Assembly (NCBI GenBank): GCA_029288835.1 | Contig: JARIGN010000013.1 | Coordinates: 1-59,707 of the forward strand | DNA length: 59,707 nucleotides | Reading direction: 5' to 3' | Source of the DNA: Candidatus Kaiserbacteria bacterium | GTDB lineage: Bacteria; Patescibacteriota; Minisyncoccia; Phycocordibacterales; Phycocordibacteraceae | Part shown: piece by piece, positions 43,378 to 51,246 of the stretch | Numbering within the stretch: the first letter of the stretch is position 1 | How the letters are laid out: each line of letters opens with the position of its first letter | Translations under genes and position numbers: made by a program | Notes under the pieces: model-generated | Database searches by the model: none | What the model saw: the letters and a program-made list of their open reading frames with translations, nothing else | What the model was told of the DNA's origin: nothing

Positions 43378-43419
43378 AATCGCAGTGCGAAGGTTTCATT
43401 CCTTCCGCTGCGATTTTTT
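43378..43419 (+). terminator. intrinsic terminator (cassette 9)
   Basis: AATCGCAG...CTGCGATT outer stem with inner GCGAAGG/CCTTCCGC + TTTTTT. Confidence 0.7.
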
Positions 43420-43445
43420 CTTAATGAAGTGTTAGCGCATAAATT

Positions 43446-43474
43446 TTGACTTATTAAGAGAATAAGGTATAAAT
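43446..43474 (+). promoter_or_regulatory. promoter of cassette 10
   Basis: TTGACT-N16-TATAAAT. Confidence 0.55.
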
Positions 43475-43501
43475 ACAACTCATCCAACCAGGAGCGTACT
43501 G

Positions 43502-44146
43502 ATGGTCGAGTGCCTCATCCGACCCCTCCGTGGTTGGATATTTACGTGCTGGCGAAAAGCGCTGCGCGTATGCCGAAATGTAATTTGGTTTGGGCTGTAC
43601 GTAAACATGATTCTCCACTGGACCACGATGCGAAAGCTTCGGGACTACGTGGAGGCAGAGATATGTTCGAAGGGACGTGTCTATAAGGTTACTGCCCACC
43701 TAATGCCCAGACAGGGATGGAGTTCTCAGCAAAAGAATAAGATCCATTGGGATGGTCCTTTGGGTATCACCGTGTGGAGTCCTGAAGGCGATCCACTCCT
43801 GGGTTTAGCACTCGAGTTTTGGGGAAACACCCTTTTTATCCGAGAGATGATTGGGGTGCAGGGCATAAAACCTCCGAAGGACCTGCGGAATGTATGGCCG
43901 CACCTTTTTGTTGCGGCATGCAAGAGGTTCGTCGAGGAAAAGGGATTGCGGGCGCTTACGATAACGCGTGCACGTCCAATCTTCTACCATGACGTAGTGC
44001 CTCCCACCGAGGAGGAGCTAAGACGCCGTGACGCTGAATTTGCTCGGAAAGTGTTGCGCTATGATGGCACGGCAAAACAGAACGGCTTTGTCCTAACCAC
44101 CACCGGCCGATGGCACCGCTGGATACCAAATCAAAATGATCTCTAA
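43502..44146 (+). CDS. island ORF, 214-aa hypothetical protein (weak GNAT-like core)
   Basis: CAGGAGC SD 7 nt before the ATG; LFIREMIGVQG...W..LFVAACKRFVEEKGLRALTI loosely resembles acetyltransferase motif A; largest island ORF. Confidence 0.6.
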   Translation: MVECLIRPLRGWIFTCWRKALRVCRNVIWFGLYVNMILHWTTMRKLRDYVEAEICSKGRVYKVTAHLMPRQGWSSQQKNKIHWDGPLGITVWSPEGDPLLGLALEFWGNTLFIREMIGVQGIKPPKDLRNVWPHLFVAACKRFVEEKGLRALTITRARPIFYHDVVPPTEEELRRRDAEFARKVLRYDGTAKQNGFVLTTTGRWHRWIPNQNDL

Positions 44147-44150
44147 TGCA

Positions 44151-44180
44151 GTCCCGGCATGAAAGCCGGGACTTTTCTTT
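44151..44180 (+). terminator. intrinsic terminator (cassette 10)
   Basis: AGTCCCGGC-ATGAAA-GCCGGGACT + TTTCTTT. Confidence 0.8.
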
Positions 44181-44200
44181 ATGGCACACCTCCTTCGCCT

Positions 44201-44209
44201 GCTATACTA
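44201..44209 (+). promoter_or_regulatory. extended -10 promoter, probably leaderless transcript
   Basis: TGCTATACT ending 5 nt before ATG 44215. Confidence 0.4.
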
Positions 44210-44214
44210 CGGGT

Positions 44215-44367
44215 ATGAAAATTCAATGGACAAAAGTTACCTGGTATTCACAAATAATAGCCATCATTCTTTTTGTGGGTATTTTTTTCCTAGGCATGTG
44301 GATCGGAGAAAAATCCGGAGCAAGCATATGCCAGGCCTTAGGCATTCATACTGCGCAAACGAAGTAG
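44215..44367 (+). CDS. island ORF, 50-aa single-TM peptide
   Basis: MKIQWTKVTWYSQIIAIILFVGIFFLGMWIGEK...; no SD, start sits at the expected TSS. Confidence 0.4.
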   Translation: MKIQWTKVTWYSQIIAIILFVGIFFLGMWIGEKSGASICQALGIHTAQTK

Positions 44368-44417
44368 CCATCTAAAAGAGGTGTATCCTATCTATACACC
44401 CAACACAGGAGCGTGGC

Positions 44418-44651
44418 ATGCAGGCGCAAAACGAAAGCAATACTGCCCAATGCCCCGATAAAGTCTGGTTGGGTCATTGGGAAATATACGCAGCGGGTAG
44501 TCAGTTTCATGGGCGGAAAGGCACGCGACTTGTCTCTGCTCCCGACGAGTTATCAGCGCGATGGAACATAAGAAAAGAAGTGTCTTTCGAGTTTTGTCGC
44601 TCGGACTTTTTGATTGAGTATGTTTCGATCTACTCAATCCATGAGGATTAA
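44418..44651 (+). CDS. island ORF, 77-aa hypothetical protein
   Basis: ACAGGAGCGTGGC-ATG, nearly the same SD context as 43502 (CCAGGAGCGTACTG-ATG); terminator follows. Confidence 0.55.
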   Translation: MQAQNESNTAQCPDKVWLGHWEIYAAGSQFHGRKGTRLVSAPDELSARWNIRKEVSFEFCRSDFLIEYVSIYSIHED

Positions 44652-44671
44652 CCTCTCTCTGTTTTTTATGC

Positions 44672-44703
44672 AACGTCTAGGACCCCACCCTAGACGTTTT
44701 CTT
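44672..44703 (+). terminator. intrinsic terminator (last cassette)
   Basis: AACGTCTAG-(9 nt)-CTAGACGTT + TTCTT. Confidence 0.75.
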
Positions 44704-44730
44704 ATATAACCTCATCTTAATGCAGTATTA

Positions 44731-45282
44731 ATGCTCAACTATATAGACTTTTGGGTAATGAAATCTAAAAAGACCTCCGCTCCAAAAAATGGGACTATCC
44801 AGGACATAACGCGAAAGAACATCGACACTATCGCGCGCGTAGAAGAGATTGCCCAAAAAGAGCGAACTTTTGGTGAGCGAGTCGCGGATAAAGTTGCGGC
44901 CGTGATCGGTAGCTGGACCTTTATCATCACACAAAGCGCGATCCTTGCGTGCTGGGTAGCACTGAATATCGTGGGGTGGGTGCAGCACTGGGACCCTTAC
45001 CCCTTCATTCTTCTTAACCTTGCCCTTTCCTTCCAGGCCGCCTATGCCAGCCCCATTATTATGATGAGCCAAAACCGACAGGCGCGCTTATTTGAGCGCA
45101 GGAATCACCTCGACCTTCAGATTAATCTCCTTTCCGAACAAGAAAATACTGAGATGCTTCGTCTCCTGCGAAAGCTCTGCGAGCATGCAAATATCAGCAT
45201 TGATGACGAGGTGGAGAAGGTGCTTGAAGAGCAAACTAAACCTGACCGCATTCTTAAGGACATTGCGGAGACCGTAACGTAG
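44731..45282 (+). CDS. DUF1003 domain-containing membrane protein
   Basis: GSWTFII...W...N......WDPYPFILLNLALSFQAAYASPIIMMSQNRQ signature; start may be the ATG at 44758. Confidence 0.8.
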   Translation: MLNYIDFWVMKSKKTSAPKNGTIQDITRKNIDTIARVEEIAQKERTFGERVADKVAAVIGSWTFIITQSAILACWVALNIVGWVQHWDPYPFILLNLALSFQAAYASPIIMMSQNRQARLFERRNHLDLQINLLSEQENTEMLRLLRKLCEHANISIDDEVEKVLEEQTKPDRILKDIAETVT

Positions 45283-45287
45283 GCAAC

Positions 45288-45911
45288 CTATCTTCTTGAA
45301 CGAGCCTTGCTCAGCTTGCGATACACAAAATAGCCTAGCGCGAGCACAAAGAGCGCAATGATTGCATATTGGAACTTTGCAAATAGTGGGCCAAGGGTAT
45401 CCCACCGTTCTCCAAGGTACATTCCTATATAGGTGAGAAAAGCAGACCATAGCAAAGATCCGACAAAGGTATACAAAATGAATTTCCAAATGTTAGACCG
45501 GAACACTCCTGCAGGAAGGGAGATGTAGGTGCGTACCGCGGGAAGCAAGCGAGAAAAGAACACTACCCCATTGCCGTATTTTTTAAACCAGGCGGAAGCA
45601 AGCTCGTAATCTTCCGGGGAAACCAATACATACGTGCCATAACGGCGAATAAAACGCAGGACGACACTTTCCCCAAGTGCATACCCGAGATAATACCCGA
45701 CTAAGGAACCGGCGAGATTACCTAATGCGCCTGCGAGCACGACGAGCCAGAAGACAAAAGTGCCTTTACTAATGAGAAAACCCGCAAAAGGCATCACCAC
45801 CTCAGAAGGAACAGGTAACAAGGCGCTCTCCAAAGTCATAAGCCAAAAGATGGCGAAATAACCGCCCGACTGGATATATTGGAGGATAAGAGTTGAGAAG
45901 TGCGCGAGCAT
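45288..45911 (-). CDS. DedA family (VTT domain) membrane protein
   Basis: ESALLPVPSEVVMPFAGFL and FFSRLLPAVRTYISLPAG motifs. Confidence 0.85.
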   Translation of the reverse strand: MLAHFSTLILQYIQSGGYFAIFWLMTLESALLPVPSEVVMPFAGFLISKGTFVFWLVVLAGALGNLAGSLVGYYLGYALGESVVLRFIRRYGTYVLVSPEDYELASAWFKKYGNGVVFFSRLLPAVRTYISLPAGVFRSNIWKFILYTFVGSLLWSAFLTYIGMYLGERWDTLGPLFAKFQYAIIALFVLALGYFVYRKLSKARSRR

Positions 45912-45949
45912 GAGGTGTCAGTATACCGTAGAGTAGAATGTGTTACGCA

Positions 45950-46285
45950 TTAAGAATAGAGAAGGGTAAGAAAAAGAATAGCGAGGTTCCCCATGAGCCA
46001 GAGGGTATACGTAGTGGTAATGGCGCGATCCCTATGGACGATCCCGTAGCATAAAAAAGGAATATCGAAAAACGCAGCCCCTCCCCACGCAAGGGCAGAG
46101 ACTCCTGCAGCGCTGTGGGCACTCAAAATTTTGACTATTTGAGGAAGATCAGTAAGGGGACCCAGGATACCAACAAGAAGTGTGAGACGGTCGAGCACCG
46201 TCACCCAAAAGGTTTTTTCAAGTGAGGATCGTGAAAATTCTTCCGTTGTCCTCTTCTTTGTGTGCTTATGGACGAGCAAGTGCAT
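45950..46285 (-). CDS. PQ-loop / SemiSWEET-like small membrane protein
   Basis: Three TM helices, LTDLPQIVKI PQ motif. Confidence 0.5.
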   Translation of the reverse strand: MHLLVHKHTKKRTTEEFSRSSLEKTFWVTVLDRLTLLVGILGPLTDLPQIVKILSAHSAAGVSALAWGGAAFFDIPFLCYGIVHRDRAITTTYTLWLMGNLAILFLTLLYS

Positions 46286-46318
46286 ACGGAAAGTATAGCA
46301 GACGCGCGGCGACTCGAT

Positions 46319-46348
46319 GAAAGCACCCTCGATAACTCGAGGGTGCTT
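46319..46348 (-). terminator. possible terminator hairpin
   Basis: AAAGCACCCTCG-ATAACT-CGAGGGTGCTTT; weak T-run. Confidence 0.4.
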
Positions 46349-46396
46349 TGCGCGAGCGTTATAACGCTCTTTGATGAGTCTTGGTCTTAGTGAGGG

Positions 46397-46720
46397 CTAA
46401 TACGAGACTGATGTTGTAGAGGTGGTAGTAGTACCGAGACCGTTCCCCACCGTCGTGCTCGTATGGCTTACAACTGGAGCGGTACCGGGATTGGTTGCCG
46501 TGGTGTTTGTATCACCTGATCCTCCAGTGCCACCCGAGACTGAACCGGTCGTATTTACCCCATTTGTTGCGGTCGTAGCAGGAGTGGTAAGTCGTGGGAA
46601 GAAATAGAGTGCAGCGAGCACAAGTAGGATGATAACGATAATTGCGACTACCCATCCTGCAGCGCCATTGTCGGATGGAGCAGAATTGTTAGGACCTGGA
46701 TTATTGATGACTGTTGCCAT
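46397..46720 (-). CDS. small membrane-anchored Thr/Gly-rich protein
   Basis: TM WVVAIIVIILLVLAALYFF then low-complexity T/G/S tail. Confidence 0.55.
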   Translation of the reverse strand: MATVINNPGPNNSAPSDNGAAGWVVAIIVIILLVLAALYFFPRLTTPATTATNGVNTTGSVSGGTGGSGDTNTTATNPGTAPVVSHTSTTVGNGLGTTTTSTTSVSY

Positions 46721-46782
46721 AGGTAATGCTAATTAATGATGAGTAACACTCGTAGTGTAGAACTCTATTGATGAGGTTTACA

Positions 46783-46812
46783 TGAAAAACCTGCCGCTCC
46801 TGCGGCAGGTTT
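46783..46812 (-). terminator. intrinsic terminator
   Basis: Minus strand AAACCTGCCGC-AGGA-GCGGCAGGTTT + TTTC. Confidence 0.7.
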
Positions 46813-46815
46813 GGT

Positions 46816-47118
46816 TTAAAAGACCTTTTCCCATACGGCTTCCGGACCAAGCACTTCTGGTACAAAGAAATGTTGACCCCAAATGCACGGCACAAGAACT
46901 CCTGCGCATAGAGGCGAGGTTTTTGACATAACGCACTGCACAAGGATTCTTCGATCAGGTATGCCTAAGACATGCCTCACTTCTTCCGTGAGCGAAAGCA
47001 TATACTGCGCCCCGACTTCAAGCGGAAAACTGCACGTCGCGACCATGAATACACCTTTTTGGTTTTGTGTGGAGACGCTCGAGGCGTTCAATATGGGTAG
47101 TATAGCGAGCTCAACCAT
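46816..47118 (-). CDS. hypothetical protein, up to 100 aa
   Basis: ORF with terminator; no motif; start uncertain (internal ATG at residue 25). Confidence 0.4.
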   Translation of the reverse strand: MVELAILPILNASSVSTQNQKGVFMVATCSFPLEVGAQYMLSLTEEVRHVLGIPDRRILVQCVMSKTSPLCAGVLVPCIWGQHFFVPEVLGPEAVWEKVF

Positions 47119-47194
47119 TCGCGCAACCTGTTCAGAAATTCTTAATCTCCACAGTGCTATATCTTAGGCATTACTCACTAGCAATAAGTAACCT

Positions 47195-47692
47195 ATGGAC
47201 GAACTTCGCACTGCATTCATTGAAAAACTGCACAAAGTGGCAAGCATTGAAGATCAGATAATTGAAGCACTACCAAAACTCGCGAGCCAGGCAACCATGC
47301 CTGACCTCAAACAGGGCCTCACTACCCATCTTGAAGAAACCAAAAACCAGCGCCAACGCTTGAGCCAGATCTTTGCGGCGCACGGTGAACCTGATGAAGC
47401 GACGGAAGATGTGGCCTTCTCAACCCTCCTTCAGGAGTCTGATAAGGAGCTTGGGCAGATAACTGACCCTAACCTTAAAGATGCGATGATCATTGCCTCC
47501 TGCCAGGTCGTTGAGCACATCGAGATGGCAAAATATGGCACGCTCGTGGAGTGGGCAAAAACGCTCGACGATAGTGACAGTGAAAAGCTTCTCAAAGACA
47601 CCCTCGATGAGGAAGGTAATGCAGACAAGACCTTAAGCAAGGCTGCGACTGGTGGCATGTTTAAGGATGGGGCAAACGATATGGCGGCATAA
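47195..47692 (+). CDS. DUF892 (YciE/YciF-type) ferritin-like protein
   Basis: F...L..V...E.QI..ALPK.A........L...L..HL.ET..Q..RL..IF pattern. Confidence 0.8.
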   Translation: MDELRTAFIEKLHKVASIEDQIIEALPKLASQATMPDLKQGLTTHLEETKNQRQRLSQIFAAHGEPDEATEDVAFSTLLQESDKELGQITDPNLKDAMIIASCQVVEHIEMAKYGTLVEWAKTLDDSDSEKLLKDTLDEEGNADKTLSKAATGGMFKDGANDMAA

Positions 47693-47723
47693 GTTCCCCA
47701 CTCTTCGCCCAATAAAACTACTA

Positions 47724-47760
47724 GGGAAAACCGGCCTCTACGCCGGTTTTCCCATTATTT
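47724..47760 (+). terminator. intrinsic terminator
   Basis: GGGAAAACCGGC-CTCTAC-GCCGGTTTTCCC + ATTATTT. Confidence 0.75.
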
Positions 47761-47793
47761 ATTCGGCTTATTTAGCCATTTCACCGGCTCTTA

Positions 47794-49908
47794 ATGAATT
47801 ACTCATGTTTATACCCGCATGATATAGTCAACCCAACTATGGAGACCGAAACGCAGGGCACGCATTTGCCGAGATTCCTTCGCTATTCCCGCCGCCAATG
47901 GATGGTCTCTGTCTACGGAGGTGTACTTTTTGTAGTGCTCATGTGGCTCTCGGAGCGGTACATTCCCCACCCTTCTACGCTGTTTCCTGCCTCAGCTGTG
48001 GCATTAAGTCTCCTCTTCCTTGAAGGGCTTGAGCTCTGGCCGATCATCTTCCTTGCCTCGTTAGTAGGTGGCATCCTTTCCGGGCTTCCGTTAATGTTTA
48101 TAGGTATACAAGTGGTGAGTCAAACTTCCCTTGCTCTCCTTGGCGCCTGGGTATTGCGAAAGGCGAAAGTCGACCCCATTTTCCGGCGCATGCGAGACAT
48201 GCTGCTCACCATTATGACCTTGGTAGCGGTTTCGCTTATCCCACCCACGCTGACCTCACTCGGGAACATCATAAGTGCGGAGTATCTCCACACGGTATAC
48301 AGCACGGCATCATGGGGTTTGCGCTACACCGGCACCTTGCTTTGCCTTCTCATCATCACGCCATTCCTCCTCAGATGGTGGGCTAAGCCTCGCTTTAGCC
48401 GTACCTTTTTGGAATGGGTTGAGCTTGTTATAGTCTTCGGTCTTCTTGCCGGGATTAGTTTTGTTATCTTTGTGCTTGGTATTGATTCAGTCTCTGCAAT
48501 CCCTACCATCTACTTCCTGCTCCTGCCACTCTTCTGGATTGCCCTTCGTTTGCGCCCACGCTTCGTGACCCTTGCGATGCTGGTAATCCTTTTATTTGCC
48601 TTCAGTGGCATTTATTACAACGTAGGGCTAGCCGCGAGTGCGAATTTCAGTGCAGAACTCTTCCAGGTAGACGAACTCCTCATCGTGTTAAGCATGATCT
48701 TTTATATTATGGTGGCAATTGAAGAAAATCGCCGACTTTCCACCAACCTGATGCGCTCCCACTTGGGCATGCTTGAAAACGCGCTCGCCCGCATTTCATC
48801 AGAATCAAATGCAAAGAATGACTTTATCGCCATTCTTGCCCATGAGCTTCGCAACCCGCTCGCACCTATCATGAGCTCCATCGATCTTTTAAAGCTTAAA
48901 GAAAGCCATGACCCCGAGGAACTCGAAATGCTTACCATGATGGAAAGCATGATGCAGACTGTCCGACGCCTTCTCGATGACCTGCTCGATATTTCGCGTA
49001 TTTCTGAAGGCAAGGTTGAGATCAAGCGTGAGCGCATAGATCTGAGCGAAGTGGTGAGACGCTCAATTATTGCGACCGCACACCACCGCCAAGAGCGCCA
49101 TCAGTCACTTTCTATTCGTACCACGGAAGAGCCACTTTGTGTGCTCGGCGATGCCGTTCGCTTGGAGCAAGTATTTTCGAATCTCCTCACAAATGCTTCA
49201 AAATATTCCAATTCCGGCGACCAAATAACCGTGTCTCTAGAGAAGCATGGAAACTCGGCACAAGTGACGGTCTCTGATAATGGTATTGGCATAGAGCCTT
49301 CTTCCTTGGAAAATATCTTTGTGGCTTTTCACCAGGTAGAGCATGGCGAGCGCAGCAAGAAAGGACTCGGCATTGGCCTAGCGCTCGTGCGAAGCTTCGT
49401 GGAAATGCACCATGGCAGTGTTGTGGCCATGAGTGACGGCATTGGCAAAGGCAGCAAATTTGTCGTACTCCTCCCCCTCTTGCCTCCCCGCTCTTCAGCT
49501 AACCAAAGCCAAAGCACGGAAAATAATGAGGGAGAACTCGATGCTCCTGCAGTAACGCTTAAGGTACTTGTGGTAGATGATAATGATGCGGCAGCCTGGA
49601 GCATTGGTAGACTTCTCGAGCTTCGAGGATGTCGTGTGGAATACGCGTATGATGGTCGTAAAGCAATAGATACCGTCTTCAGCTTCAAGCCGGATGTCAT
49701 TCTGCTCGACCTAGGCCTTCCAGACATGGAAGGCACTCGGGTGGCAAAGACGGTGCGCGCCCGCGGTTATCGGGGCAAAATTATTGCCCTCACCGGCTAC
49801 AGTGGTGAAGGAATCCGCCTCCGTGGCAGCGAGGTAGGTATTGAGCAATATATGGTGAAGCCAGCGAGCCTGGATGACCTTAAAAAGGCCATTCCGGAGA
49901 TTGCCTAA
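47794..49908 (+). CDS. hybrid sensor histidine kinase/response regulator with polytopic (MASE1-like) N-terminal sensor
   Basis: About 8 TM helices, H-box AHELRNPL, N/G boxes (LLTNASKY, DNGIGI, GLGIGLALV), C-terminal receiver VLVVDDN...LLDLGLPDMEG...KP. Confidence 0.9.
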   Translation: MNYSCLYPHDIVNPTMETETQGTHLPRFLRYSRRQWMVSVYGGVLFVVLMWLSERYIPHPSTLFPASAVALSLLFLEGLELWPIIFLASLVGGILSGLPLMFIGIQVVSQTSLALLGAWVLRKAKVDPIFRRMRDMLLTIMTLVAVSLIPPTLTSLGNIISAEYLHTVYSTASWGLRYTGTLLCLLIITPFLLRWWAKPRFSRTFLEWVELVIVFGLLAGISFVIFVLGIDSVSAIPTIYFLLLPLFWIALRLRPRFVTLAMLVILLFAFSGIYYNVGLAASANFSAELFQVDELLIVLSMIFYIMVAIEENRRLSTNLMRSHLGMLENALARISSESNAKNDFIAILAHELRNPLAPIMSSIDLLKLKESHDPEELEMLTMMESMMQTVRRLLDDLLDISRISEGKVEIKRERIDLSEVVRRSIIATAHHRQERHQSLSIRTTEEPLCVLGDAVRLEQVFSNLLTNASKYSNSGDQITVSLEKHGNSAQVTVSDNGIGIEPSSLENIFVAFHQVEHGERSKKGLGIGLALVRSFVEMHHGSVVAMSDGIGKGSKFVVLLPLLPPRSSANQSQSTENNEGELDAPAVTLKVLVVDDNDAAAWSIGRLLELRGCRVEYAYDGRKAIDTVFSFKPDVILLDLGLPDMEGTRVAKTVRARGYRGKIIALTGYSGEGIRLRGSEVGIEQYMVKPASLDDLKKAIPEIA

Positions 49909-49992
49909 AGGCAGATTTTGTAGTCTATTGCAAAAAATATACCTTAAGATAGGATGAAAACAGGTCACCAGTAAAAGTCTAGGAGTACCCAG

Positions 49993-50670
49993 GTGAAGGA
50001 CCATCGTGAAGAACGGGTCCTCTTTAGAGAAGGGACCCTACAAGCTTTAGCTGAGCTTAATGCTCTTTATAATTGCGACTTGCAAACATTTAACGCAAAG
50101 GGATTTAAGTCTCTTTTCGACCTTTGGAAGGAGATATCGCGGCAAGAAGTTATTGCAAAATTTGAATTGGGGAAAAGACCTGTTCGCATTGCTCGAAGCA
50201 CGCGAACACTCTTCCTCGACAAGCACAGAGAATGGTGCTTGCTTGAGATGAGGCGTAGGTACGAGAAGAAATATCTCGAACCAACCCTTACAACCCCCAA
50301 GTTACAAAAGCAAAAATTTATTGACTCGAAAAATAAAGATTGGACATTCAGCGAGACCTGCCTAAAGGGTGAAGATGCATACGACACTGTAATTCGTGGG
50401 GCGAAAGAGGAACTGAAAATAGACATACCTCGGGATGAGCTCAAAAAGATATCCATAAACGAAATGAGCTCTCTTCGGGAATCGCGAGTGTATTACGGCT
50501 GGGATAGTCTTGTGTTTACTCAAAATTTCATTTGGGAGACTGATCGGTATTTCCCCAATAGACTCCCGGTGGTAAAAGACGAGAGTACTTACATCTACAT
50601 TGATAAGATCTCCCCGATACCTAAGAGGGTCGAGGATTGGATGAGAAACTCTTTTTCGCAGATGGCTTAA
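49993..50670 (+). CDS. hypothetical protein, 225 aa (GTG start)
   Basis: TAGGAG 7 nt before the GTG; lower GC than neighbours; GEDAYDTVIRGAKEELKI is only a degenerate Nudix-box resemblance. Confidence 0.55.
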   Translation: MKDHREERVLFREGTLQALAELNALYNCDLQTFNAKGFKSLFDLWKEISRQEVIAKFELGKRPVRIARSTRTLFLDKHREWCLLEMRRRYEKKYLEPTLTTPKLQKQKFIDSKNKDWTFSETCLKGEDAYDTVIRGAKEELKIDIPRDELKKISINEMSSLRESRVYYGWDSLVFTQNFIWETDRYFPNRLPVVKDESTYIYIDKISPIPKRVEDWMRNSFSQMA

Positions 50671-50709
50671 AACACCATCTGCTTTTCTTTTATACGCTAT
50701 ACTAGTTGC

Positions 50710-51246
50710 ATGGCAGCAGCCAAGATCATCTCTTTCGAAGAGTTTGATGCTATTCGCGACAGCCTGGGAAAAATCGTCTGCACCTCCGGCGGATTTGACC
50801 CTATTCACCCAGGCCACACCTCCTGCATCCATGACTCGCGCCAGTATGGTGACACCGTCGTGGTTATCGTAAATGGCGATGACTTCCTTCGCCGCAAGAA
50901 GGGCCGCGCCTTTATGGACCTTCAGACGCGCTGCCAAATTCTGTCTTTTGTGCGCGAGGTGGATTATGTGATTCCTTTTGAAATTGAAAATGACGCGACC
51001 GTGTGTGTGGCCCTGCAGCGCCTTAAGCCCCATGTCTTTACGAAAGGCGGCGACCGCATTGATGAAAAAAGCATTCCTGAATGGAAGATTTGTGAAGAAA
51101 ACGGTATTGAGGTGATTTCAGGCGTTGGCTTTCGTAAAGAGTGGAGTAGCTCAAATTTTCTCCAAGACTGGGGCTCCTATGTTTCTGCCCTTTCTCCTCA
51201 TGCTTCTACTTCTACGCAAATGCCGAAGACTCCTGAGGTGCCGTAA
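50710..51246 (+). CDS. cytidylyltransferase-fold nucleotidyltransferase (RfaE domain II / TagD-like)
   Basis: SGGFDPIHPGH (HxGH) motif, about 140-aa core + Ser/Thr/Pro tail. Confidence 0.8.
   Translation: MAAAKIISFEEFDAIRDSLGKIVCTSGGFDPIHPGHTSCIHDSRQYGDTVVVIVNGDDFLRRKKGRAFMDLQTRCQILSFVREVDYVIPFEIENDATVCVALQRLKPHVFTKGGDRIDEKSIPEWKICEENGIEVISGVGFRKEWSSSNFLQDWGSYVSALSPHASTSTQMPKTPEVP

Larger units (their letters stand above)
38962..44705 (+). mobile_element. tRNA-Asn-adjacent island: co-oriented array of about 12 self-contained single-ORF cassettes
   Basis: Begins at the tRNA 3' end; repeated copies of the tRNA 3' end/flank junction; every ORF on the + strand with own promoter/terminator; orphan-like proteins; no recombinase seen. 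Confidence 0.5.

Noticed and set aside
43020-43487. 155-aa minus-strand ORF opposite the 43044-43346 island ORF
   Set aside because: Promoter, 5' hairpin, SD and terminator are all on the + strand, and every other island gene is on the + strand. The minus ORF would run through the + strand terminator and promoter.
44392-44673. 93-aa minus-strand ORF opposite 44418-44651
   Set aside because: The + strand ORF has a strong ACAGGAGC SD and a downstream terminator. The minus ORF has neither.
38962-44705. Classical integron (IntI + attC cassettes)
   Set aside because: No IntI-like tyrosine recombinase or attI is present. The boundary motif GTTCTAA does not fit the attC core GTTRRRY. Cassettes carry their own promoters and terminators, unlike integron cassettes, so only the architecture is analogous.
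50362-51033. 223-aa minus-strand ORF spanning two + strand genes (likewise 5581-6135, 6139-6537, 22001-22516, 17295-17876, 18057-18596, 27359-27889)
   Set aside because: These are antisense ORFs inside genes whose sense frames carry unmistakable family motifs.
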